A stretch of 32,114 bases of DNA, taken from contig JAFGTO010000083.1 of the NCBI GenBank assembly GCA_016934095.1, forward strand, positions 1-32,114, in the 5' to 3' direction. Each line of letters opens with the position of its first letter. The first letter of the stretch is position 1. The position numbers were made by a program, and so were the translations under genes. The DNA is from Candidatus Glassbacteria bacterium (lineage in GTDB: Bacteria > Gemmatimonadota > Glassbacteria > GWA2-58-10). Shown here piece after piece: positions 10,001 through 17,762 of this stretch. The notes beneath the pieces were generated by a model that was not told the origin of the DNA, made no database searches, and was given only the letters and a program-made list of their open reading frames with translations.

Positions 10001-10339
10001 GTTTTAACACATTTTGGCCATGAGCTGGTGTTATCGGAAAAAGGAGAAGAGGCGATAGAACAATATATGAGTGCCCTGAAGACGGATCAGCCTTTCGATC
10101 TGGTGATCCTGGACTTAACCGTTAAAGGGGGAATGGGAGGCACGGAAACGCTAAAAAGACTTCTTGAGATAGACCCTGAAGCTAAGGCCGTTGTAACCAG
10201 CGGATATACGAACGATCCGATAATATCTAATTACGAAAAGTATGGCTTTGCCGGTATGATTACAAAACCTTTCAGGGTCCAGGAAGTTAAAGAGCTGTTA
10301 CACGGCATCCTGACTCCGAAAGTAATAACTAAAAAATAA
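7097..10339 (+). CDS. Cytoplasmic hybrid sensor histidine kinase (PAS x3 - GAF - PAS - HisKA - HATPase - REC)
   Basis: Repeated PAS/PAC motifs (YVSPNVKKLCGY..EELIG, DITERKKME), GAF-like segment (KSLLLIPIIYGRSLIGF), H-box LAGGIAHDFNNIL, N-box QVINNLVINACQAM, G1 DTGTGI, F FDPYFTTK, G2 GGGLGL, C-terminal REC (ILVMDDD, LVILDLT, ITKPF). Confidence 0.95.
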   Translation: MSGNKPSYQELEKRVRELEKAEAGRNPKENGLPESGKNLRMILDDLTDTIFQLTPSGVIQYVSPNVKKLCGYHPEELIGKHLRKTTPAPEIPKALEAIKEVLAGKTVKALEINQKNSRGKIIPVEIDAGPVRLGGKIVAVQGIMRDLAERKQIDRLLRESEKKYRDLVNNSLVGVYQTNLKGDILYANKALAKIFGFRSIEKLRAEGVLARYRDVKDRKVLIEKLLNAGRVTNFSFEVVAKTGATKNALLSASLDGEVISGMIMDVTGLKISEEALRKSEELFRAVAESASAGISTADDKQNLIYNNPAFVKMLGYSKKEMSGMNISRITDPQEYEKIRKMTKLRMKGLRNTYETVLLRKDGTPLDVTISASPLTSPEGGYQETLAVINDITERKKMEKALLRSIEMERLVIYILTDITNIPAEEIDSGIDRTLRSIGEFFGVDRNFLFQLAENGKHLKLTHEWCAIDLEPLIVKTKEIPASSNYWWMKRLRCFENVQIPRMSNQPSKAKALRDAFPDREIKSLLLIPIIYGRSLIGFTGYESIRSEKTWTDQDIELLITMADIIANSIERKKTEEALLKSKKKYQSLIESTNDIVYSVDTNGNFTYISPQVKRYGYSCEEILSRNFQEWVIPEDRQRTLQDFQRTMSTGEEFVTYFRVADKAELTHWFEENGRVIYDRDGNALGMTGVLRNIDERKQLEEELIKYAKIESLGVLAGGIAHDFNNILGSILGNISLANMLTEKAGKSHALLKEAEDACLRAKDLIQQLITFSKEGAPVKKTASIAEVIEETTVFSLRGTNVKSAFYLADDLWPAEVDVSQISQVINNLVINACQAMPEGGTIRIHAQNIVLDKGSTLPLDKGKYVKISIKDTGTGISQKHLPKIFDPYFTTKQKGGGLGLTTAYSIVQKHSGCITVDSELGVGTTIYIYLSASVKKAQKERIRKKASPGKAKILVMDDDEGFRDALGGVLTHFGHELVLSEKGEEAIEQYMSALKTDQPFDLVILDLTVKGGMGGTETLKRLLEIDPEAKAVVTSGYTNDPIISNYEKYGFAGMITKPFRVQEVKELLHGILTPKVITKK

Positions 10340-10681
10340 CCAACCAGCTTTAAGGTGAGATCCATACTCCCTCGGAACATGTTGGACAACTTCAGCCTGA
10401 TAACTGATAAAAAGTATATCCCGATGGACGCGCCCTGATCGCCGGAGTGCAGGCGCAGCCGGGACGTAGCGGGCCCCGGGCTGCCCTACTAGTGCATTTT
10501 GCTACTGCTTAACGATTCAGAAACACCGCCGGGGCGGAAAATTCCTGAACTGAAAAGCGATTTTATAAGTTATGAAACAGCTTCTAGTAAGCCGGACAGT
10601 TGAGCGCTCCGGCAGGTTCAGGCTTTCGTGCTTGTTTGCCATTATTCCTGAATATTACATTATAAATCTGTTAGGTTGATA

Positions 10682-11086
10682 ATGTCCTTTCTCACCGGGA
10701 AACAGAAGTTAGCCGCAGCTTTGCTCTGCGCCCTGGCCCTGGTCGGGGCGGGTGTCCGTCTTTTTCTGGCCGAGAGGCGGGGTGCAGGCGGGCAGGCTGC
10801 AGGCGGTGCGGCCGCCGACTCGGCAGTGGTGGCCGCACTGACCGCCGAGCTGGCGGAACAGACCGGCCCGGTGAGGATCAATGCGGCGGATGCACGCACG
10901 CTGGAGCGCCTGCCGGGAATCGGGCCCCTTCTCGCTGCCCGCATCGTTGCTGAGCGCGGCCGGGGAGGCCCTTTCAGCGGACCGGAACAGCTTGCCGCCC
11001 GGGTCAGCGGTATCGGCGCTTCGACTGTGGCGCAGTGGGAGGGAAGGGCCACTTACAGCGACTCAACATCCGGGGAGGGTAAATGA
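10682..11086 (+). CDS. comEA: ComEA-family helix-hairpin-helix DNA-binding protein with N-terminal membrane anchor
   Basis: N-terminal hydrophobic helix and HhH motifs RINAADARTLERLPGIGPLLAARIV and RVSGIGAST. ATG 10682 preferred over TTG 10676. Confidence 0.8.
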   Translation: MSFLTGKQKLAAALLCALALVGAGVRLFLAERRGAGGQAAGGAAADSAVVAALTAELAEQTGPVRINAADARTLERLPGIGPLLAARIVAERGRGGPFSGPEQLAARVSGIGASTVAQWEGRATYSDSTSGEGK

Positions 11087-12447
11087 AAGCCACCCTGTTC
11101 ATTGTCGAGGACGATGTCAATTCAATCGAGCTGATGAAAGAAATTTTCGCCGAGCAGGGTTACGACCTTCGCTGTTTCAGCTCGCCGCTCGCGGCCCTGG
11201 ATGCACTGAGCCGTGAAGGCTTGCCGGACTTGATACTGACCGACCTGATGATGCCGGAAATGGACGGGATCGAGCTGCTGACCAGGCTGAGGCAGATCAG
11301 CAGCCAGCTGCCGGTGATCGTGATGACTGCTTACGGCAGTATAGAAACGGCAGTGGAAGCACTAAAGAAAGGGGCCAGCGATTATATTACCAAGCCGCTG
11401 AGCTTCGAGGAGCTGATGCTGACAGTCTCGACCACCCTCGAGCTTTCCCATCTGCGCCGGCGCCTGGAGGGCCTGAGCCTGGATAAGCGCAGGCGTTTCA
11501 AGCCCGCGGCGCTGACAGGCGAGCACGAGCTGATGAAAAAAGTGAGGGACCAGCTTGTCAAGGTGGCCCAGGCCGAGACCACCTGCGTCCTTCTCCGCGG
11601 TGAGAGCGGCACCGGAAAAAACCTGGCGGCGCGAATCATCCACTATAACAGCCCCCTGGCCAGGGGTCCTTTCGTGGAGCTGAACTGCGCCGCGGTACCG
11701 GCCAACCTGCTCGAGAGCGAGCTTTTCGGCTACAGCAAGGGAGCTTTCACCGGAGCTGTCAGCGATAAACAGGGGATAATCGAGCAGGCCGACGGGGGAA
11801 CTCTTTTCCTGGATGAAATAGGCGAAATGCCGCTGGAGATCCAGTCCAAGATGCTCAATTTTCTCGAGAGCCGGCAGATGCGCCGGCTTGGCGGCCTGAA
11901 AGTACGCGAAGTCAACACCCGCCTGATCACCGCCAGCAACCACGACCTGGAAGCGGCAGTGGACGGGGGCTCGTTCCGCCGCGACCTGTTTTTCCGGATC
12001 AATGTAGTGCACTGCCAGTTGCCCCCTCTCAGGGAGCTGGGCTTGGACGTGCTGATCATAGCCGGGAAGTTCGTCGACGAGTTCAACCGCCAGTTCAACA
12101 AACATGTAGGCGGTATCAGCCCTCAGGCCGAACAGGTCCTGCTGGCCCACGACTGGCCCGGGAACGTCCGCGAGCTGCGCAACGTGGTCGAGCGGGCCAT
12201 GCTTTTCTGCGTCGGGAAACGCCTCGAGGCCGAGGATATCCAGCTCTCGGCCAAAGCCGGAGGCGGCAAAAGTCTGCCCGGAGAATTCCGCATCCCGGCC
12301 GAGGGACTCGACTGGCAGGAACACGAGCGAGCGGTGCTTTCCCAGGCCCTGGCACGCTGCGGCAATAACCGCACCAAAGCCGCCAGGCTGCTGTCGATGT
12401 CCAGGGACACCTTTATCTACCGTCTGAAAAAATTCGGGCTCGACTAA
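11083..12447 (+). CDS. Sigma-54-dependent response regulator (REC-AAA+-Fis HTH, NtrC/AtoC family)
   Basis: REC (IVEDD, LTDLMMP, ITKP), Walker A GESGTGK, intact ESELFGYSKGAFTGA, Walker B LFLDEIG, WPGNVREL, HTH NRTKAARLLSMSRDTFIYRLKKFG. ATGA overlap with comEA. Confidence 0.95.
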   Translation: MKATLFIVEDDVNSIELMKEIFAEQGYDLRCFSSPLAALDALSREGLPDLILTDLMMPEMDGIELLTRLRQISSQLPVIVMTAYGSIETAVEALKKGASDYITKPLSFEELMLTVSTTLELSHLRRRLEGLSLDKRRRFKPAALTGEHELMKKVRDQLVKVAQAETTCVLLRGESGTGKNLAARIIHYNSPLARGPFVELNCAAVPANLLESELFGYSKGAFTGAVSDKQGIIEQADGGTLFLDEIGEMPLEIQSKMLNFLESRQMRRLGGLKVREVNTRLITASNHDLEAAVDGGSFRRDLFFRINVVHCQLPPLRELGLDVLIIAGKFVDEFNRQFNKHVGGISPQAEQVLLAHDWPGNVRELRNVVERAMLFCVGKRLEAEDIQLSAKAGGGKSLPGEFRIPAEGLDWQEHERAVLSQALARCGNNRTKAARLLSMSRDTFIYRLKKFGLD

Positions 12448-12556
12448 AGGCTCCCCTTCCGGACAATACCCTCTGCAGGGATTTCCCGGACGCGGCTCCG
12501 GTCCTGCGAGCCATACCGACAAAAGGCGGGGCGGTACGGCGCAAAAGCTTTTCTAC

Positions 12557-12585
12557 TTGATTTCTGCGGCGACTCGGGGTACAAT
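12557..12585 (+). promoter_or_regulatory. Sigma-70 promoter for the rsbU-rsbW-STAS operon
   Basis: TTGATT (12557-62), 17-nt spacer, TACAAT (12580-85), followed by SD GGAGA and ATG 12612. Confidence 0.6.
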
Positions 12586-12611
12586 TGTGGGGATTTTCAA
12601 CCGGAGAATAA

Positions 12612-13934
12612 ATGCAAAGGGATGATTTAAAAAAACAGGTGGGAAAACTGCGCCGGCAGAACGCAGACTTGAAAAACCAGGTAGGGTTTTTCTCCAGCCT
12701 GATGGACGTGAGTATTATCCTCAGCTCCACTTTCGACCTGGAAGAGCTGATCCGCCGGGTGCTGGAAACCTCGCAGCGGGTCATGAACTCCGAGGCCAGC
12801 AACGTGATGCTGCTCAATGAGGAAACCGGCATGCTGGAGTGCAAGGTGGCCCTGGGGGAAGTGAGTGAACAGCTCAAGAGTGAGTTCACCCTCAAAGTGG
12901 GCCAGGGCATCGCCGGCTGGGTGGCGAAACACGGCGAGTCCCTGGTGGTCGAGGATACCAGCAAGGACGAGCGTTTTTTCTCGGGAGTGGATGCCCGTAC
13001 CGGGTTTGTCACCAGGTCCATCCTGGCCTCGCCCCTTATCGTCCGGGGTAAGGTTATCGGGGTGGCGGAGGTAATCAACCGCGCCGACGGTAAAAGTTTC
13101 ACCAGGGACGACCTGAAACTTTTCGAGGCTTTCTGCCGCGGTGTGTCGGTATCTATCCAGAACGCACAAATGCACCGCCGCCTGCTCGAGAACCAGCGGG
13201 TGGAACAGCAGCTGGAAATGGCCTCGATCATCCAGCAGGGGTTCCTGCCCCGCCACTTCTCGCTGGACCCTCCGAACCAGCCCTATGAGATCGCCGCCAG
13301 GAACCTCCCCGCCAGCATGGTAGGCGGCGACCTCTACGACTGTATCGAGCTGCGGAAAGACCTCTTGGGGTTTACCATCGGGGATGTCTCCGGCAAAGGA
13401 GTGCCCGCCGCTCTCTACATGGCTCGTCTGGTCAGCGATTTCCGTTTTTACGCCCACCAGTTCGAGGACCCTGTCCCCACCATGCAGATACTCAACAAGA
13501 TGCTTGCCGAGCGCAGCCGGCAGGGCATGTTTGTCACCATGATCTACCTGACCCTGGATATCGAACACGGGGTTTTGAAATATGTCAACGGGGGGCATAT
13601 CCCGCCGCTGCTCTATCGCCGGGCCGGCAGTGAAATATCCCGTCTCGACGGAGGCGAAGGCATACCCCTGGGCATCCGCAGCCCGACTGTCTTCAGCGAG
13701 GAAAGGCTGGAAATGAAGCCCGAAGACACCCTGGTCCTGTTCTCGGACGGAATACTGGATGCCAAGAATTCAGCCGGAGAACATTTCTCGGTCAATAAGC
13801 TGGAAAAGACAATCCGCGGCAAATGGGACACCGCCGATGAGCTGGTTTCCAGGATAGTCGACCGGGTGCGCAGCCACGCTGGCGGCGAACACCAGTTCGA
13901 CGACATCACTATCCTGGTGCTCAGGTGGCGCTGA
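12612..13934 (+). CDS. rsbU: GAF-domain SpoIIE/RsbU-family PP2C serine phosphatase
   Basis: N-terminal coiled coil, GAF (GQGIAGWVA, TRSILASPL, VIGVAEVIN), PP2C motifs VGGDLYD, IGDVSGKGVPAA, NGGHIPP, FSDGI, DDITIL. Confidence 0.92.
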   Translation: MQRDDLKKQVGKLRRQNADLKNQVGFFSSLMDVSIILSSTFDLEELIRRVLETSQRVMNSEASNVMLLNEETGMLECKVALGEVSEQLKSEFTLKVGQGIAGWVAKHGESLVVEDTSKDERFFSGVDARTGFVTRSILASPLIVRGKVIGVAEVINRADGKSFTRDDLKLFEAFCRGVSVSIQNAQMHRRLLENQRVEQQLEMASIIQQGFLPRHFSLDPPNQPYEIAARNLPASMVGGDLYDCIELRKDLLGFTIGDVSGKGVPAALYMARLVSDFRFYAHQFEDPVPTMQILNKMLAERSRQGMFVTMIYLTLDIEHGVLKYVNGGHIPPLLYRRAGSEISRLDGGEGIPLGIRSPTVFSEERLEMKPEDTLVLFSDGILDAKNSAGEHFSVNKLEKTIRGKWDTADELVSRIVDRVRSHAGGEHQFDDITILVLRWR

Positions 13935-13938
13935 GACT

Positions 13939-14400
13939 ATGGAAGAATGTCTTGAAATAAAAATACCCGGAAAACCGAAAATGATGCGCCTGGTGCGCCG
14001 TAATGTCTCGATGGCCTGCGAAATGGTGGGTTTCAAGGAGCGTGAGACCAACGCGATAACCCTGGCTGTGGACGAGGGCTGCACTAACATCATCCGCCAC
14101 TGCTACGGCGAGAAAAACGAAGGGCTGATCGTGGTCCGGATTCACATGTTCCCCGATAAGATCGTTGTCTCGCTCAAGGATTTCGGCGGCAAGGTGGACT
14201 TGAGAAAGCTGGAGAGGTGCCGCAAGAAAAAGCAGCGCAGCCTCGAAAGAGCTGGCCCGGTAAAGCCCGGTGGCCTGGGGGTGATGCTGATCCACAATGT
14301 CATGGACAGGGTGCAGTACAAGACCAGCAGCAAATCGGGGACTGTCTTGCGGCTTACAAAATACCTTTCTCATACCAAGGAGGCCGAGGTTGCAGGTTGA
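13939..14400 (+). CDS. rsbW: RsbW/SpoIIAB-type anti-sigma factor / serine kinase (HATPase_c_2)
   Basis: LAVDEGCTNIIRH (N-box), DFG, GGLGVMLIHNVMDRV, GTVLRLTK. Confidence 0.88.
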   Translation: MEECLEIKIPGKPKMMRLVRRNVSMACEMVGFKERETNAITLAVDEGCTNIIRHCYGEKNEGLIVVRIHMFPDKIVVSLKDFGGKVDLRKLERCRKKKQRSLERAGPVKPGGLGVMLIHNVMDRVQYKTSSKSGTVLRLTKYLSHTKEAEVAG

Positions 14401-14719
14401 GGTCAATCGGCGGGGCGATGCCGCAGTCATATCGGTAAGCGGGGACGTGGACTTATATACCAGCCCGGAGGTCCGCAAGGCGATCACCCGGATGTGCAAG
14501 AAAAAGGTGCCGGTCATCGTGATCAACCTGGCGGAAGTGGCCTATATGGATTCGAGCGGGGTGGCGACCCTGGTCGAGGGACTGCAGCTTTCCGGCAGGT
14601 ATGAAGGGGCGTTCCGTATCGTGGGCCTGCAGCCCGCGGTCCGCGAGGTGTTTGAGCTGGCCCGGCTGGACCACGTGTTCGCCATTTTCGAAAGCGAGGA
14701 GCAGGCTGTCGGAGGCTGA
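14390..14719 (+). CDS. rsbV: STAS-domain anti-anti-sigma factor (RsbV/SpoIIAA-like)
   Basis: TTG start at 14390 with AAGGAGG SD at 14377-83, overlapping the rsbW stop. Motifs GDVDLYTSP, YMDSSGVATL (phospho-Ser motif), VREVFELARLD. Confidence 0.9.
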   Translation: MQVEVNRRGDAAVISVSGDVDLYTSPEVRKAITRMCKKKVPVIVINLAEVAYMDSSGVATLVEGLQLSGRYEGAFRIVGLQPAVREVFELARLDHVFAIFESEEQAVGG

Positions 14720-14930
14720 GCTTTCCCCGGCGGCACGCTAAAGCTGAACACCTCGAGTGTGATGTCTTAATCCCGGGGCGGGACAGGGAGTCGTATTCCA
14801 GGGCGGCCGGGATAAATTCTGATATCCGGCCGGCCGGCGGATTGCAGGCTCTCCGTAGCGAGCCGCAGGGAATGCGCCCGGGTGTTCAATTTAAAAAGCT
14901 AATCTATCAAGCCGTGGGGTCTGAAGGGCT

Positions 14931-15761
14931 ATGATGCCGGAGGAGACACTAAAGCGCCAGGGTGTTCTGCCCAGGCTGCTCGGCGGCTGCGGAAGGTGGG
15001 GCCTGCAGTCGCTGGAAAACGTTTATTTCACATTCAGGCTCATCCTGCAGAGCCTTTACTGGACTTTCGTAGCTCCGTTTGCAGGCAAGGGGCTGAGGGT
15101 CGGCAGCTCTTTTGACGAGATGGTCAAGGTGGGGGTCAGCGCGGTCCCCATCGTGGCGCTGATCTCGTTTTCCATCGGCCTGATCCTGGCGATGCAGAGC
15201 GCTTACCAGCTCGAGCAGTTCGGGGCCACCATCTTCACCGCAGACCTGGTGGCGGTCGCCCAGACCCGCGAGCTGGGGCCGCTGATGACCGCTATCATCG
15301 TGGCCGGCCGCTCCGGCAGCGGCATCGCCGCCGAGATCGGCACCATGAAAGTGGGGGAGGAAATCGATGCCCTGCGCTCGATGGGCTTCCACCCGATCAA
15401 GTTCCTGGTGGTGCCCAAGCTGATCGCCCTGGCGATCATGGTGCCCTGCCTGACTGTCCTCGCCGATTTCATCGGCATCGCGGGCGGTTTCAGCATGGCG
15501 GTCCTCAGCCTCAACCTCGGTTTTACCCGCTACCTTAACCGGACTATTTTCGCCCTGGTTTTCAAGGACATGATTACCGGGCTGATCAAGAGTTTCGTTT
15601 TCGCCCTGCTGATTGGGCTGACCGGCTGTTACATGGGTTTCAAAGTCGAGGGGGGAGCAGAGGGAGTGGGCCGCAGAACCACCCAGAGCGTGGTGGTCTC
15701 GATCTTCCTGATTATTCTGGCGGACTCTTTTTTCACGGCGCTTTTCTATTTCCTCTGGTAG
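14931..15761 (+). CDS. mlaE: MlaE-family ABC transporter permease
   Basis: RELGPLMTAIIVAGRSGSGIAAEIGTMKVGEEIDAL, GGAEGVGRRTTQSVV, multiple TM helices. Confidence 0.93.
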   Translation: MMPEETLKRQGVLPRLLGGCGRWGLQSLENVYFTFRLILQSLYWTFVAPFAGKGLRVGSSFDEMVKVGVSAVPIVALISFSIGLILAMQSAYQLEQFGATIFTADLVAVAQTRELGPLMTAIIVAGRSGSGIAAEIGTMKVGEEIDALRSMGFHPIKFLVVPKLIALAIMVPCLTVLADFIGIAGGFSMAVLSLNLGFTRYLNRTIFALVFKDMITGLIKSFVFALLIGLTGCYMGFKVEGGAEGVGRRTTQSVVVSIFLIILADSFFTALFYFLW

Positions 15762-15767
15762 GCTCCG

Positions 15768-16580
15768 ATGGATACGGAAGAAGTGGTGGAGAACATAGTC
15801 GAAATCGAAAACCTGATGGTTTCCTATGACGATCGGGTGGTGCTCGACGGGGTGAACTTCCAGGTGCGCCGGGGCGAGACCATGGTGATTCTGGGCGGCA
15901 GCGGCTGCGGCAAGAGCACGCTCCTGCGCCACATTATCGGGCTGGAGCGGCCCACTTCGGGCCGGATCATGATCAAGGGCCGGGATCTCACCGTAATGGG
16001 AGAGGAAGAGATGTCCGGCATCCTCAGCAAGGTCGGAGTGGTGTTCCAGAGTTCGGCCCTGTTCAACTCGATGACCATCGGGGACAACGTGGCGCTGCCG
16101 TTGCGCGAGCACACCAAGCTCGAAGAATCCACCATCAAGATCATGACCAAGATCAAGCTCGAAATGGTGGGCCTGTCGGGTTTCGAAAGCTACCTGCCCA
16201 GCGAGCTGAGCGGCGGGATGCGCAAGCGCGCCGCTTTTGCCAGGGCAATCTCGATGGACCCGGAGATCCTCTTCTGCGATGAGCCCTCGGCCGGCCTGGA
16301 CCCGATAGTGGGAGCGGGCCTGGACCAGTTGATTATCAAGCTGAGTAAGGCTCTGCGCATGACTATCGTGGTGGTCACCCACGAGATGGAATCGATGTAC
16401 ACCATCGCCGACCGGGTGCTGATGCTGCACAACGGCCGGGTAATGTTCTGCGGGACAGTGGAGGAGTTCAGGGCCTGCGACAACGAGAGGGTCCGGCAGT
16501 TCATCGAGCGGCGGCCGGAGGAGCACCACGAAGAGGAATCCGGCCAGTATGTCCGCGCCCTGACCAGCGACTCTTTCTAA
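15768..16580 (+). CDS. mlaF: MlaF/Mkl-family ABC transporter ATP-binding protein
   Basis: Walker A GGSGCGKS, FQSSALFNSM, signature ELSGGMRKR, Walker B FCDEPSAGLDP, VTH. Confidence 0.93.
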   Translation: MDTEEVVENIVEIENLMVSYDDRVVLDGVNFQVRRGETMVILGGSGCGKSTLLRHIIGLERPTSGRIMIKGRDLTVMGEEEMSGILSKVGVVFQSSALFNSMTIGDNVALPLREHTKLEESTIKIMTKIKLEMVGLSGFESYLPSELSGGMRKRAAFARAISMDPEILFCDEPSAGLDPIVGAGLDQLIIKLSKALRMTIVVVTHEMESMYTIADRVLMLHNGRVMFCGTVEEFRACDNERVRQFIERRPEEHHEEESGQYVRALTSDSF

Positions 16581-16613
16581 AAGCATCGCGGAGTTTCGGC
16601 CTCCCCAGCGCAG

Positions 16614-16622
16614 TGGTATAAT
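16614..16622 (+). promoter_or_regulatory. Extended -10 promoter element upstream of mlaD
   Basis: TGGTATAAT (TGn + perfect TATAAT) in the 111-nt mlaF-mlaD gap. Confidence 0.45.
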
Positions 16623-16691
16623 ACCGGTTAATAATTTCCGGGAAGGTTTCCGCCTCGCCCGGGCCTACTACCTCTCAACGGGAAGAGTTTC

Positions 16692-17603
16692 ATGGCAAAA
16701 TATGCGCGCTATCGCTCCTCGGAAATCAAAGCCGGGATCTGGATTATCATCGCAGGGGTAATTTTCACCGCTTTCGTGGTGGCGATCACCGGCTCCAGGT
16801 TCTGGGAGGAACTGGACTATTACCGTGTGCGGCTGAACTATGTAGGCGGCCTTGAAGTCGGCTCGCCCGTGCGCATGAGCGGTATGCTGGTGGGCAAGAT
16901 CAGCGGTGTAAGACTGCTGGACCATGAAGAAAGCCTGCTGGAGCTGACCCTCGAGGTGGAAAAGGGATTGCCGATCAAGTACAATACGGTAGCCTTCCTG
17001 AGCTCTATCTCGATCACCAGCGAGCAGCACCTCGAGATGGAGGTGAACCCCGAGCCGGCTCCCCTGTTGAAACCGGGGGACCTGATCAAGAGCAAGGAGC
17101 TTACCACCATGGATGAGGTGATGGAGCATGTCGGCGACGTGGGGGATACCCTGAAAGTGGTCCTCGGCCGGGTGAACCGGCTGTTGAACCCGACCAATCT
17201 CGCCCGGGTGGACTCGATCGTTATGGGAGTCAACAACCTGTTGAAGGAAGCTTCCCCGGAGCTGAAAACCACCCTGGCCCGCACGCGCAGGGCCGTGGAA
17301 TCGCTGGATACGCTGCTGCATAATGTCAATGCCCTGGTGGCCGAGGGAGATACCAGGATTCTCTCTGTGCTGGACGAGGCCGGGGAGACGATGAGACAGG
17401 CCAGGGTGGTCCTGGCCGGGGTGGACACCACCCTGATGAACGTTGACCGGTTGATGCTTGGCAACTCCGGCGATCTCCAGCAGCTGCTCGACAACCTGAG
17501 CGAGACCAGCCGGAACCTCAAACAGCTCTCCGGCACGATCAAGGACAACCCGTTCCTGTTGATCCGGGCCTTTCCCAAGGAAGAACGCAAGCTGGCTCCC
17601 TGA
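16692..17603 (+). CDS. mlaD: MCE/MlaD-family protein with long C-terminal helical domain
   Basis: N-terminal TM (EIKAGIWIII), MCE motif GGLEVGSPVRMSGMLVGKI, heptad-rich helical tail ending KDNPFLLI. Confidence 0.88.
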   Translation: MAKYARYRSSEIKAGIWIIIAGVIFTAFVVAITGSRFWEELDYYRVRLNYVGGLEVGSPVRMSGMLVGKISGVRLLDHEESLLELTLEVEKGLPIKYNTVAFLSSISITSEQHLEMEVNPEPAPLLKPGDLIKSKELTTMDEVMEHVGDVGDTLKVVLGRVNRLLNPTNLARVDSIVMGVNNLLKEASPELKTTLARTRRAVESLDTLLHNVNALVAEGDTRILSVLDEAGETMRQARVVLAGVDTTLMNVDRLMLGNSGDLQQLLDNLSETSRNLKQLSGTIKDNPFLLIRAFPKEERKLAP

Positions 17604-17762
17604 GGGCGAACTCCAGGCCCTCGCCGGGGTATAGTAAGGAGACTGGCCTGATTATTCCGGAAATGTGCCGGCAGCGAGCCGGATTGTCGCAAAATCCCGG
17701 TCGGTCTGGCGACAGATGTTTACCCGCGACCGGCCGTTTTATTTGAAAGGCAGCTAAGTCCG

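Noticed and set aside
10340-10675. Possible ncRNA or mobile-element end between the kinase and comEA
   Set aside because: Only a short imperfect GC hairpin (GCAGCC...GGCTGC). There is no recognisable RNA motif and no repeat matching the upstream flank of the kinase.
14297-14389. N-terminal extension of the STAS ORF from 14297
   Set aside because: It overlaps rsbW deeply. TTG 14390 has an ideal SD and gives a normal ~109-aa STAS protein.
17604-17762. Heat-shock operator (CIRCE) or enhancer upstream of lon, TGTCGC...GCGACA and CCGGTCG...CGACCGG repeats
   Set aside because: There is no TTAGCACTC-N9-GAGTGCTAA. The short GC-rich inverted repeats are expected by chance, and at most one is a weak terminator.
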